Assembly: GCA_963675755.2 (NCBI GenBank)
Contig: CAXXMD010000003.1
Location: 1,312,001 to 1,376,000 of the forward strand
DNA: 64,000 bases
Reading direction: 5' to 3'
Source: a bacterium
Lineage (GTDB): Bacteria > Zhuqueibacterota > Zhuqueibacteria > Residuimicrobiales > Krinioviventaceae
Part shown: one piece after another, positions 1 to 9,614 of the stretch
Layout: each line of letters opens with the position of its first letter
Position numbering within the stretch: position 1 is the stretch's first letter
The notes under the pieces: generated by a model
The model's database searches: none
Told to the model about the DNA's origin: nothing
Seen by the model: the letters and a program-made list of their open reading frames with translations, nothing else
Position numbers and translations under genes: made by a program

Positions 1-3000
1 AATCTCCCGGTGCAAAATCCGGATCGCCAAAGTGTAATTTCAACTCGGGGCCTTCATGGTCCACAAGACTGGTAGATGTTCCTCCAACAATTAGACCGCC
101 GGTATAGCCAATTCCTTCATTATTATCGTTCCAGTAATAGAAATGCACGCGTCCATCGGTACCGTTATAGGAAATATCCTTGGGGACAATAAACTGTACA
201 TTAAAATCACCGTTTTTGATGGTTGCCGTCCCCCTAAACAGGGTGTTACCTGGAGTTTTATAATTGATTGCATCATTGGTGTTCTGGGTATAATAAACTT
301 TGGAAGTAGGCGAATCCAAGACACGAACCATAATCTTGCCCTGGTAATCAGTCCATTTACTGCCATCCTTATTGGCATGGCCTGTAATTGACATTTTTTT
401 CAGCGCCTGAATACTGTCAGGGGTTATATCATCAATCTGCGCGCGGTAACGTGGAGCACCCAATCGCATAGCCGGATCACCCAGATATAAAAATTTTTCA
501 CAATTGATCCGGGACGAATTAAAAATGTCGAGCTTTGCCAAATGAACCGCTTTACCTATGCGCATGGTTTTACCAGAACTATCATATTCTTCAAATAAAC
601 GTGCCAACAATCGTAGATTAAAGGCTTCATTGTTACTTGCATATACCACACGTGAAGAAGCAACAACACCAATTGCACCACGATCAGGGGCATACAGCAA
701 TTCTTCAGACATGCATTGCTCCTGGACCTGGTCCCAGTGGCCAAACTCACAGGTTGCCGCTATCCACAATGCCTGTTTATGACCATTCCGGATCAAATCA
801 AAATCTGTGGGACTGTACAACACTTTTTCATGTGCCCATCGTTGATCGTTACCATGCCCTACATAATTGAGAATTAATGAACCGCTGTTGATCTGGTCCA
901 GCAGGTCCTGACGCGCTTCGGGTTTAGTATATCCTGAAATGCTTGCGGAACTGACCGCACGGTATTCAATTAAATAGATCTTTTTTATATTAAATTTTTC
1001 AATCTGATCAATTTGGGACATCAATTCCGCACCACGGGTGTGTCGGGGCTGGTCCGATTCTTTCGGTTGGATCTCATCATCCGCTATAAAGGTAATCGTA
1101 TTGCGCCAGTCACCAAATTCAGGATTGGTTTCATAAGCCTCTATTTTGTCAACGACACGCTGTGCCTCATCCACGGTACGCGCGTTGATTCGCCCAATGG
1201 CAATTTGCGGTCTGTCAGATTCAGGATTTGTAATAACAAACCAGTCATCCGTTGCTCGTGTATCATCCTCAACGGTTTCATCTGTCTCGTAAGGTAAAAT
1301 ATACTGGGGCACCTCCAGACCCAGAATGTTTTTGTAATCAAAATGCCCATCACCAAAGAGTAATACATAATAGGGATTGCCCCAATTCTCCTGAGCAAAC
1401 GTTAAAAAGTCACGGATGGCGCCCGGTTCTTCAATACCATAACCAAATTCCTGATACACATCGGAAATTTTCACAACCTCGGTTTCAAGCCGGTCTTGCG
1501 GGTCCCAGTTCTCTCGCAAGCTCTCCAGTTCTTTGGCCTGCTGTTCAAAATCGTCATAAGTAATGATGATATAATCGGCCTGACGGGTTTGCCGCAAATT
1601 TGCCAGGGTTGCAGATTCAATATTATCTGCCGAAACCGTTTTGTACGCGGATTCTGTCAAGGCGATATACTTTTCCGGGTATTTCGGATTGGTCTCATCG
1701 ACAAAAGTTAAACTCGACTGAGATAAAGGTACAATTTGCTCAACATTGGCAAAATCGGTAACGTTGAACACGTTAACAGGGCCGGAGAATCCACTCAACG
1801 GATAGCCCGCGGTACCTGTTCCCATTGGCCCCCAAAACACAAGCTGATCATTCACGGCAATGAACTGGCGGGCATATTCCATTTCCACATAATCCACATA
1901 GGCAAGATCAATATCTTTGGTGTTTTTATAATTTATAGTAACCGTATTGTTGCCGTTTATCAATACACCGTTATTACTCCGTTCCTCACGAAAGAGATTA
2001 TAATATACATCCGTCGTTTGGGACTTGGAAATTTCTCCCAGATTATTGCCATTGACCTGAACATTAAAATAATGCGTACCGCTCGCCGAGATCAACCCCA
2101 ATCTGGGTCTGACATAGGTGGCCTCATTGCTCACAACATTTTTTAATTCAAAAGAATAACTGCGGGAGCTGTTCATAACAGACAGAGACCTGTCTAGCCA
2201 AATGGTGCCAGAATTATAAACATTGTATTCCTCTCGTTCAAAATAGACCAGGTCCCGGAATGAATCCTGCAGTTCAGCACCGGTAGCAGAAAGGGATGCC
2301 ATTTCTGTCATGCGTTTTCCATCTTCTTTGCCCCAGGTCAGCCAGTAAACATTATCTTCCGCAAAGGGATGTAAATAATGTTCTAGCCGGCCCCGGGTTG
2401 TATCGTAATCCACTCCTTTTAATGACCTGCCGTAAAACAAAATATAATCGGATGCACCAAAGCTGCCGTCATCGCCACCCACAACCAGAATCGAATTCTC
2501 GATCAATGAATCCGGATTGTGGTTAAATAACGAATGTGGGATCTCTTTGCCACCATTGTTAAACAACTGAAAACTATTAGGATCAATAGAGGAAATAGGT
2601 ACTCCCGCGCTTTGCAATGCGGAACCGGTTACCTTGTACATACCTTCTTCATCACCGTTTGCGTCGCGCATGGCCGTTGTACCGTTTCCTCGGATGGTGA
2701 TCTTGTACCAGTTGCTTCCGGTAAATGGATTTGAAGAAATTTTTCTCAAGGCAGATGCCGGTTTTCTCCATTTCTGCGCTTGTTCATAGTTGAGCAGCAT
2801 GCTTGAATAAAGCTCTTCATCCGCGTTTTGTCGTATAGATGCGGTGCTGGTTTGGGTTCCTGAAAAAGTAACCTGTATTTTGAGACGTGTGTACTGTTTT
2901 AGCGTTTTCTGGTCAGAATTGTATTCAACAGGTTGAATGGCCAATGTCACAACATTCTGTTTACGAAAAAGCTCGGTCCCTAGGTTTTGAACCACTTGAA

Positions 3001-3424
3001 ATGCCTTTTCTGTCGAGGGAGAATTTTTAGCTTTAGCATCTTTATATTCAAGGTAATAGCCACCGTCACCGTCAGGTTTATAGTCCGGAACTGTTGCCAG
3101 TTCAACATCACGGAGCGTAGTGACATCAGAATCCAATACCTGAAAATAAGCATCTTCCTGCATGGGTACACCCAAAGACACCAATCGGACCGGTGTATCA
3201 ATGGCTCCCGGTTCCTGAGAATGTATCGCATTTTCAAATACAATATTCTTGAGCATTTTGCCATTCACGGAAACATCTGTCAAAGAAAAATTGGCAGGTG
3301 TATACTCGAACACAAATTGATTATCCGTTTGTGAAAGGATCGTAATATCAGATTCCGCTGCCCATAACGAATGTATATAAGAAAAAATAAAAAAAACTAC
3401 CAGGAGTAAAAACGCTCGTTTCAT
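1..3424 (-). CDS. porU: T9SS sortase PorU-like C25 (gingipain-family) peptidase, copy A; runs off the left edge of the window (3' part missing)
   Basis: Absent from the ORF track because the frame has no stop inside the window. ATG at 3424 gives MKRAFLLLVVFFIFSYIHSLWAAESDIT. It is colinear with 3656..7690 (position 1 matches 4258; net in-frame 9-nt difference). The catalytic NYVGHG and WIAATCEFG motifs are readable. Confidence 0.85.
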   Translation of the reverse strand, partial: MKRAFLLLVVFFIFSYIHSLWAAESDITILSQTDNQFVFEYTPANFSLTDVSVNGKMLKNIVFENAIHSQEPGAIDTPVRLVSLGVPMQEDAYFQVLDSDVTTLRDVELATVPDYKPDGDGGYYLEYKDAKAKNSPSTEKAFQVVQNLGTELFRKQNVVTLAIQPVEYNSDQKTLKQYTRLKIQVTFSGTQTSTASIRQNADEELYSSMLLNYEQAQKWRKPASALRKISSNPFTGSNWYKITIRGNGTTAMRDANGDEEGMYKVTGSALQSAGVPISSIDPNSFQLFNNGGKEIPHSLFNHNPDSLIENSILVVGGDDGSFGASDYILFYGRSLKGVDYDTTRGRLEHYLHPFAEDNVYWLTWGKEDGKRMTEMASLSATGAELQDSFRDLVYFEREEYNVYNSGTIWLDRSLSVMNSSRSYSFELKNVVSNEATYVRPRLGLISASGTHYFNVQVNGNNLGEISKSQTTDVYYNLFREERSNNGVLINGNNTVTINYKNTKDIDLAYVDYVEMEYARQFIAVNDQLVFWGPMGTGTAGYPLSGFSGPVNVFNVTDFANVEQIVPLSQSSLTFVDETNPKYPEKYIALTESAYKTVSADNIESATLANLRQTRQADYIIITYDDFEQQAKELESLRENWDPQDRLETEVVKISDVYQEFGYGIEEPGAIRDFLTFAQENWGNPYYVLLFGDGHFDYKNILGLEVPQYILPYETDETVEDDTRATDDWFVITNPESDRPQIAIGRINARTVDEAQRVVDKIEAYETNPEFGDWRNTITFIADDEIQPKESDQPRHTRGAELMSQIDQIEKFNIKKIYLIEYRAVSSASISGYTKPEARQDLLDQINSGSLILNYVGHGNDQRWAHEKVLYSPTDFDLIRNGHKQALWIAATCEFGHWDQVQEQCMSEELLYAPDRGAIGVVASSRVVYASNNEAFNLRLLARLFEEYDSSGKTMRIGKAVHLAKLDIFNSSRINCEKFLYLGDPAMRLGAPRYRAQIDDITPDSIQALKKMSITGHANKDGSKWTDYQGKIMVRVLDSPTSKVYYTQNTNDAINYKTPGNTLFRGTATIKNGDFNVQFIVPKDISYNGTDGRVHFYYWNDNNEGIGYTGGLIVGGTSTSLVDHEGPELKLHFGDPDFAPGD

Positions 3425-3455
3425 AGTTCCCCCAGAGGTATCAATGTAATCAGTT

Positions 3456-3485
3456 CTAATGAATTGAGAGCAGCTTAACAACTTT
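3456..3485 (-). pseudogene. Relic of the 3' end of an rseC-like gene (KVVKLLSIH*)
   Basis: Aligns to the rseC end KVIELLSTH* (7722-7751). It shares TAATCAGTTCTAATGA and the same 32-nt offset from the porU ATG. Confidence 0.7.
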
Positions 3486-3597
3486 TAATATAAAAAAAAT
3501 GATTATGATCTTTGCACTGATCTAGTACAGTATATGATAAAAACTTCCTCAAGTATATCCACGATGCAGAAACTTGCATCGCAGTCATATTTTAAAT

Positions 3598-3644
3598 CCC
3601 GGCCCTTCGATACGACCGCCTGCAGCGCTCACTCGGGAACCGGG
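3598..3644. repeat. REP-like structured repeat CCTTCGATAC...ACTCGGGAACCG
   Basis: Same terminal motifs as 31263-31312. Lies just downstream of the porU stop, with a second hairpin (CGATGCA-N6-TGCATCG) at 3562-3581. Confidence 0.6.
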
Positions 3645-3655
3645 GTTGAAATAAT

Positions 3656-6600
3656 TTAACGTGCTATAATCAACTTGCCGATCTCTTCTACGGTCTTGCT
3701 TTCCCCTTCATAATCGGATTCGGCTTTGATCTTGTAGAGATATACGCCATTTGCTACAGCGTCGCCGTCCTGGTCATAGCCATCCCATTTTTCCGGAAAG
3801 ATGTTGAACCCTATGCTCACCGGTGTGGGCTCAAATTTCTTAATCAGCCTGCCAGCTACCGTATAGATCCGGATTTCTGCCATGGCGTCCTGACTGATCT
3901 GAAAGGTAAACTGCGTATCATCCGTCATAGGATTGGGATAGTTGACAATATCCCTGATCAACAAATCTTCATTTTGTACAACCACAAACTCGCTTTCTAC
4001 CGCCCCGGAATTGTTCGAGTTGTCCCACGCCTTTACCTTGATAGTATGGCTGCCCTCGCTCAACTGTTGCAAAGGATATTTTAATGTACCCGATGTATAA
4101 CTGCCCTCATTGTATTCAAAATACTCGGTAATGTCCCGAACCGCTTCCTCATCTTCATCCAGCACCATGGTGATCTGGTGGCCGATATCTCCTGCCGTAT
4201 TGATGCCGCTGGTGGTATCGCTGATCTCTACGTTCAGCGTGGTATTGCTGGAGACATAATCTCCCGGTGCAAAATCCGGATCGCCAAAGTGTAATTTCAA
4301 CTCGGGTCCTTCATGATCCACAAGGTCGGTTGATGTACCGCCAACAACCAGACCGCCGGTATACCCCATACCTTCATTGTCATTGTTCCAGTAATAGAAA
4401 TGTACACGTCCGTCTGTACCATCATATGAAATATCTTTGGGGACAATAAATTGTACGTTAAAATCACCATCCTTAATGGTTGCCGTACCCCGAAACAAGG
4501 TATTACCCGGAGTGTCATAATAGATAGCAACATTGGTGTTCTGAGTATAATAAATCTTGGATGTGGGGGAATCCAACACCTTCACCATCACCTTGCCCTG
4601 GTAATCATTCCATTTACTGCCATCCTGGTTTGCATGACCGGTAATAGACATTTTTTGCAGCGCCTGAATACTGTCCGGGGTTATATCATCAATCTGCGCG
4701 CGATATCGGGGAGCGCCCAATCGCATAGCCGGATCACCTAAATACAGAAATTTTTCATTGTTAACTCTATTAGAAGAAGAATTGATAATATCCAATTTTG
4801 CCAAAAGAACCGCTTTTCCAATACGCATGGTTTTGCCGGTTTCATCATAATCTTCAAATAGACGTGCCAACAAGCGTAGATTAAAGGCTTCATTATTACT
4901 GGCATATACTACACGTGAGGATGCAACAACACCAATAGCACCACGATCCGGGGCATACAGCAATTCTTCAGACATGCATTGCTCCTGGACCTGGTCCCAG
5001 TGGCCAAACTCACAAGTTGCCGCTATCCACAATGCCTGTTTATTACCATTCCGGATTAAATCAAAATCTGTTGGACTGTACAACACTTTTTCATGTGCCC
5101 ATCGCTGATCGTTACCATGCCCTACATAATTGAGGATCAATGCTCCGCTGTTGATCTGGTCCAGCAGGTCCTGACGCGCTTCGGGCTTGGTGTATCCTGA
5201 AATGCTTGCGGAACTGACAGCACGGTATTCAATTAAATAGATCTTTTTAATATTAAATTTTTCAATCTGATCAATTTGAGACATCAATTCTGCACCACGG
5301 GTATGCTGTGGTTGATCAGAATATTGAGGTTGAATCTCATCATCGGCAATAAAAGTAACAGTATTGCGCCAGTCACCAAATTCGGGATTGGTTTCATAAG
5401 CCTCTATTTTATCTACTACCCGCTGCGCTTCATCCACGGTACGCGCGTTTATTCTGCCAATTACCATTTGTGGTCTGTCAGATTCAGGAGTTGTAATAAC
5501 AAACCAGTCATCTGTGGCCCGTGTATAATTTTCGGTTGTCTCGTCCGTTTCATAAGGTAAAATATACTGGGGCACATCCAGACCCAGAATATTTTTGTAA
5601 TCAAAATGCCCGTCACCAAAGAGCAGTACATAATAGGGATTGCCCCAATTCTCCTGAGCGAACATTAAAAAGTCTCGGATGGCTCCCGGCTCTTCAATAC
5701 CATAACCAAATTCCTGATATACATCAGAAATCTTGACCACTTCGGTTTCAAGCCGGTCTTGCGGGTCCCAGTTTTCGCGTAAACTTTCCAGTTCTTTAGC
5801 TTGTTGTTCAAAATCATCATAGGTGATGATGATATAATCGGCCTGACGCGTCTGACGTAAATTGGCAAGAGTTGCGGATTCAATATTGTCTGCAGAAACC
5901 GTCTTGTACGCAGATTCTGTCAGGGCGATATACTTTTCCGGGTATTGCGGATTGATAACGTCCGCAATAGTAACACTTGACGCTTGAGACGACGGTATAA
6001 TCTGCCCCACATTGGCAAAATCAGTAACTTTGAACACATTGACAGGGCCGGAAAATCCGTTCAAAGGATAGGCCGCGCTGCCGGTGCCTTTGGGACCGCA
6101 AAAAACCAATTTGTCGTTAACAGCGACAAACTGTCTTGCGTATTCCATTTCTATATAATCCACATAGGCCAGGTCAGTATCTTTGGTATTGTTATAATTT
6201 ATAGTAACCGTATTGTTGCCGTTTATCAAAACACCGTTATTGCTTCGTTCCTCCTGATAGAGATTATAATAAGAATCTGAAATATGTGACTTGGAAAATT
6301 CTCCCAAATTGTTTCCATTGACCTGAACATTAAAATAATGCGTGCCGCTTGCCGAGATCAGTCCCAATCTGGGTCTGACATAGGTGACCTCATTGCTCAC
6401 AACATTTTTCAACTCGAAAGAATAACTGCGGGAGCTGTTCATAACAGACAGAGACCTGTCTAGCCAAATGGTACCAGAATTATAAACATTGTATTCTTCA
6501 CGTTCAAAATAAACCAGGTCCCGGAAAGAATCCTGCAGTTCAGCTCCGGAAGCAGAAAGGGATGCCATTTCTGTCATGCGTTTTCCATCCTGTTTGCCCC

Positions 6601-7690
6601 AGGTTAACCAGTATACGTTATCTTCCGCAAAGGGATGTAAATAATGTTCAAGCCTGTCTTGGGTCGTATCATATTCCACTCCATTTAAAGACCTGCCGTA
6701 AAACAAAATATAATCGGATGCGCCAAAGCTGCCATCATCGCCACCGACAACCAGAATCGAATTTTCGATCAATGAATCCGGATTGTGGTTATATAACGAA
6801 TTTGGGATCTCTTTGCCTCCGTTATTGAACAGCTGAAAACTATTAGGATCAATGGAAGAAATGGGTACACCCGCGCTTTGCAATGCAGAGCCGGTTACCT
6901 TGTACATACCTTCTTCATCACCGTTTGCGTCGCGCATGGCTGTAGTGCCGTTTCCATTGATGGTGATCTTGTACCAGTTGCTGCCGGTAAATGGATTCGA
7001 AGAGATTTTTCTCAAGGCAGATACCGGTTTTCTCCATTTCTGCGCCTGTTCATAATTAAGCAGCATGCTTGAATAAAGCTCTTCATCCGCGTTTTGTCGT
7101 ACAGATGCGCTGCTGGTGGGTTCTCCTGAAAAAGTAACCTGGATTTTGAGACGTGTATACTGTTTTAATGTTTTCTGTGCAGGATTATATTCAACCGGCT
7201 GAATGGCCAATGTCACAATATTCTGTTTACGAAAAAGCTCGGACCCAAGATTTTGAACAACTTGAAATGCGTTTTCTGTCGAGGGCGCACTTGAAGTTTT
7301 AACATCTTTATACTCCAGGTAATAACCGCCATCACCATCAGGTTTATATTCCGGTACAGGTGCCAGTTCAACATCACGGAGCGTCGAAATGTCAGAATCC
7401 AGTACCTGGAAATAAGCTTCACCTCTCATGGGAATACCCAGAGACACCAATCGCACCGGAGTATCAATGACTCCCGCCTGCTGAGAATGGACCGCATTTT
7501 CAAAAACGATATTTTTGAGCGTTTTTCCATTCACGATAATATCTGTCAAATTAAAATTGGCAGGTGTATACTCGAATACAAATTGATTTTCCGTTTGCGA
7601 AAGGACCGTAATATCAGATTCCGCTGCCCATAACGAATGTATATAAGAAAAAATAAAAAGGACTATCAGGAGTAAAAACTCACGTCTCAT
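3656..7690 (-). CDS. porU: T9SS sortase PorU-like C25 peptidase with propeptide and C-terminal FlgD-Ig/CTD, copy B
   Basis: 1344 aa with a signal peptide. Contains YVLLFGDGHFDY, GRINART, NYVGHG...ATCEFG (His-Cys dyad), LGDPA, the PorU-typical AWDNSNN and a C-terminal NYPNP...WDG...GVYLYKI. Confidence 0.9.
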   Translation of the reverse strand: MRREFLLLIVLFIFSYIHSLWAAESDITVLSQTENQFVFEYTPANFNLTDIIVNGKTLKNIVFENAVHSQQAGVIDTPVRLVSLGIPMRGEAYFQVLDSDISTLRDVELAPVPEYKPDGDGGYYLEYKDVKTSSAPSTENAFQVVQNLGSELFRKQNIVTLAIQPVEYNPAQKTLKQYTRLKIQVTFSGEPTSSASVRQNADEELYSSMLLNYEQAQKWRKPVSALRKISSNPFTGSNWYKITINGNGTTAMRDANGDEEGMYKVTGSALQSAGVPISSIDPNSFQLFNNGGKEIPNSLYNHNPDSLIENSILVVGGDDGSFGASDYILFYGRSLNGVEYDTTQDRLEHYLHPFAEDNVYWLTWGKQDGKRMTEMASLSASGAELQDSFRDLVYFEREEYNVYNSGTIWLDRSLSVMNSSRSYSFELKNVVSNEVTYVRPRLGLISASGTHYFNVQVNGNNLGEFSKSHISDSYYNLYQEERSNNGVLINGNNTVTINYNNTKDTDLAYVDYIEMEYARQFVAVNDKLVFCGPKGTGSAAYPLNGFSGPVNVFKVTDFANVGQIIPSSQASSVTIADVINPQYPEKYIALTESAYKTVSADNIESATLANLRQTRQADYIIITYDDFEQQAKELESLRENWDPQDRLETEVVKISDVYQEFGYGIEEPGAIRDFLMFAQENWGNPYYVLLFGDGHFDYKNILGLDVPQYILPYETDETTENYTRATDDWFVITTPESDRPQMVIGRINARTVDEAQRVVDKIEAYETNPEFGDWRNTVTFIADDEIQPQYSDQPQHTRGAELMSQIDQIEKFNIKKIYLIEYRAVSSASISGYTKPEARQDLLDQINSGALILNYVGHGNDQRWAHEKVLYSPTDFDLIRNGNKQALWIAATCEFGHWDQVQEQCMSEELLYAPDRGAIGVVASSRVVYASNNEAFNLRLLARLFEDYDETGKTMRIGKAVLLAKLDIINSSSNRVNNEKFLYLGDPAMRLGAPRYRAQIDDITPDSIQALQKMSITGHANQDGSKWNDYQGKVMVKVLDSPTSKIYYTQNTNVAIYYDTPGNTLFRGTATIKDGDFNVQFIVPKDISYDGTDGRVHFYYWNNDNEGMGYTGGLVVGGTSTDLVDHEGPELKLHFGDPDFAPGDYVSSNTTLNVEISDTTSGINTAGDIGHQITMVLDEDEEAVRDITEYFEYNEGSYTSGTLKYPLQQLSEGSHTIKVKAWDNSNNSGAVESEFVVVQNEDLLIRDIVNYPNPMTDDTQFTFQISQDAMAEIRIYTVAGRLIKKFEPTPVSIGFNIFPEKWDGYDQDGDAVANGVYLYKIKAESDYEGESKTVEEIGKLIIAR

Positions 7691-7721
7691 AATTCCACCA
7701 GGTTTTTAAAAATAATCAGTT

Positions 7722-8138
7722 CTAATGAGTAGAAAGCAACTCTATTACTTTTGCATAGGTCTGTTGATTTTTACTTTTATATTTATCTAAATATTTTACC
7801 ACAACAAATGAGAGGGCCAGAAACAACAAGCCACCTAAAATCCCAAAACCTTCTGATGACGATTCAGGTCCAAAAGAAGAGCCGACAAAATAACCGACAA
7901 CCAGAAAAATCAATGGTAAAATAAAAACCAGAAATGACGATGTCAACATGGTTTTGGGTTCAATTTCTACCCGCACTCGATCACCTGCTTTAACATTCAA
8001 TGTATTTAAAGCTTCAATACATCTGAATCCGCCGCCAATGGTTTCGCAAATATTGCATTCTTTGCACTGGTCACCCTTTTCCATTTGCACAGTCACTAGA
8101 TTGTTATTTATAGATGTTACTATTCCGTCTTCTGTCAT
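7722..8138 (-). CDS. rseC: RseC/MucC family (SoxR-reducing system) membrane protein
   Basis: CxxCxxC motif, GDRVRVEI, FILPL followed by two TM helices. Confidence 0.85.
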   Translation of the reverse strand: MTEDGIVTSINNNLVTVQMEKGDQCKECNICETIGGGFRCIEALNTLNVKAGDRVRVEIEPKTMLTSSFLVFILPLIFLVVGYFVGSSFGPESSSEGFGILGGLLFLALSFVVVKYLDKYKSKNQQTYAKVIELLSTH

Positions 8139-8224
8139 ATATTTTAATTCCAGTTCACAATAATTACAGATGATAATTTAAACAGTTCAAATAGCTCTAT
8201 TGTTCCGCTGATTCAATACGATTT

Positions 8225-9016
8225 TCATTTTAAGCGGTCTAAACGCAGTCTTTCGCGCGAGTCAAACAAGCGTCTTGATCCCAACCACACCGAAGCAACC
8301 GTACCCAAACCAGTGCCGCCGGCAATCATAAACATGATGAGGATCTGGTATTTTACAGCTTCGAGCGGAGGATTTCCGGCAAGAATCTGCCCGGTCATCA
8401 TTCCCGGCAGGCTCACCAGACCGGCAATAGACATGGTATTCAAAATCGGTATCAAACCACCGCGAATACAGTCCCTCCGTAAATCACCAATAGCTTCGCT
8501 CCAATCCTGTCCCAGCATAAGCCGGTTCTCAATTACTGCCTTTTGCTGCCATGCGGATTGGGTAAGCCTGTCAATACCCAGCGTAATGCCGTTCATGGTA
8601 TTCCCCAGCATCATTCCCAGAAAAGGAATGGCATATTGCGGCATGTACCAGGGATCGTTTTGTATTATAAACACCAATGCAAGCACGGTAATGGTAAAGC
8701 TGGACAGCAGCATGGCACCCGTACCCAAGCCCAGGCCCCACCATCCTTTAAAAGGACGTTTTTGCCTGCGTACCACTTCACGTCCCGCCGCCAACAGCAT
8801 AAACACAGCCATAAGTGAAAGCCAACCCAAATGGGTCTGGTCAAATATGACCTTTAACACCAAACCGATCAAAAACAATTGCACAGTTGTCCTGACACCT
8901 GCTATCAGCACCTGTCCCGACAACTTTAATTTCAACAATAGGGAAAGAAGCGCCAGCAGAAAAACCAGTGACGACGCAAAAACCAGGTCGAGTGGACTCA
9001 GGGATATCACATTCAT
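8225..9016 (-). CDS. fetB: UPF0014/FetB-type ABC transporter permease
   Basis: RTTVQL, PQYAIPFLGMMLGNTMN and GLVSLPGMMTGQILAG..P..AVKYQI motifs. Confidence 0.9.
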   Translation of the reverse strand: MNVISLSPLDLVFASSLVFLLALLSLLLKLKLSGQVLIAGVRTTVQLFLIGLVLKVIFDQTHLGWLSLMAVFMLLAAGREVVRRQKRPFKGWWGLGLGTGAMLLSSFTITVLALVFIIQNDPWYMPQYAIPFLGMMLGNTMNGITLGIDRLTQSAWQQKAVIENRLMLGQDWSEAIGDLRRDCIRGGLIPILNTMSIAGLVSLPGMMTGQILAGNPPLEAVKYQILIMFMIAGGTGLGTVASVWLGSRRLFDSRERLRLDRLK

Positions 9017-9600
9017 ACGCTCATCCTCTCGAACCGGTCATTCTCAATTCGAAAAATGGGATCTGCCATACGCTGTAATTGCGAAAGATCGTGGCTGACC
9101 CATATCATAGCCGCACCCTGTGATTGTACATAGGATTTTAACAATTGCTCTACCTTGCCGGTATGATCAGGATCCAGATTGGCGGTGGGTTCATCCAGCA
9201 ACAGCACTTGCGGTTTATTTTGCAGCAAGCGTAGTAATGCAAGGCGTTGTTTTTCTCCGCTTGATAGCCGGTTTATGGGCCAATCCATCACATCCGCGGC
9301 CAAACCCACGGATTCAATGTCAACATCCTGATAAAAATGGTCACCAACCTCATCGTACCACCATTGGCTTTCGGCAGGAAGCAAACCCACCTTTTTTCGC
9401 CATTCATGGGGTTTAAAATCACAAATGTTCCGGTCTTGCAGAGAAATAGTGCCAGCAAAGTCCTCAAAATTGATCAACGCCCGCAGGAAAAGCGACTTGC
9501 CGCTGCCGGAAGGACCGCTGATTCCAATGCATTGTCCTTCAGCAAGGGACAGAGATACAGGTGAAATCTTGAAATATGTAAAATCTTTAATCTCTAAAAT
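9013..9600 (-). CDS. fetA: FetA-type ABC ATP-binding protein; probable ATT start at 9600
   Basis: The frame extends upstream of the ORF-track start (9477) to include Walker A GPSGSGKS. Also has LSSGEKQR and LLLDEPTANLD. Overlaps the fetB start. Confidence 0.8.
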   Translation of the reverse strand: MLEIKDFTYFKISPVSLSLAEGQCIGISGPSGSGKSLFLRALINFEDFAGTISLQDRNICDFKPHEWRKKVGLLPAESQWWYDEVGDHFYQDVDIESVGLAADVMDWPINRLSSGEKQRLALLRLLQNKPQVLLLDEPTANLDPDHTGKVEQLLKSYVQSQGAAMIWVSHDLSQLQRMADPIFRIENDRFERMSV

Positions 9601-9614
9601 GGATCATATCCTTG

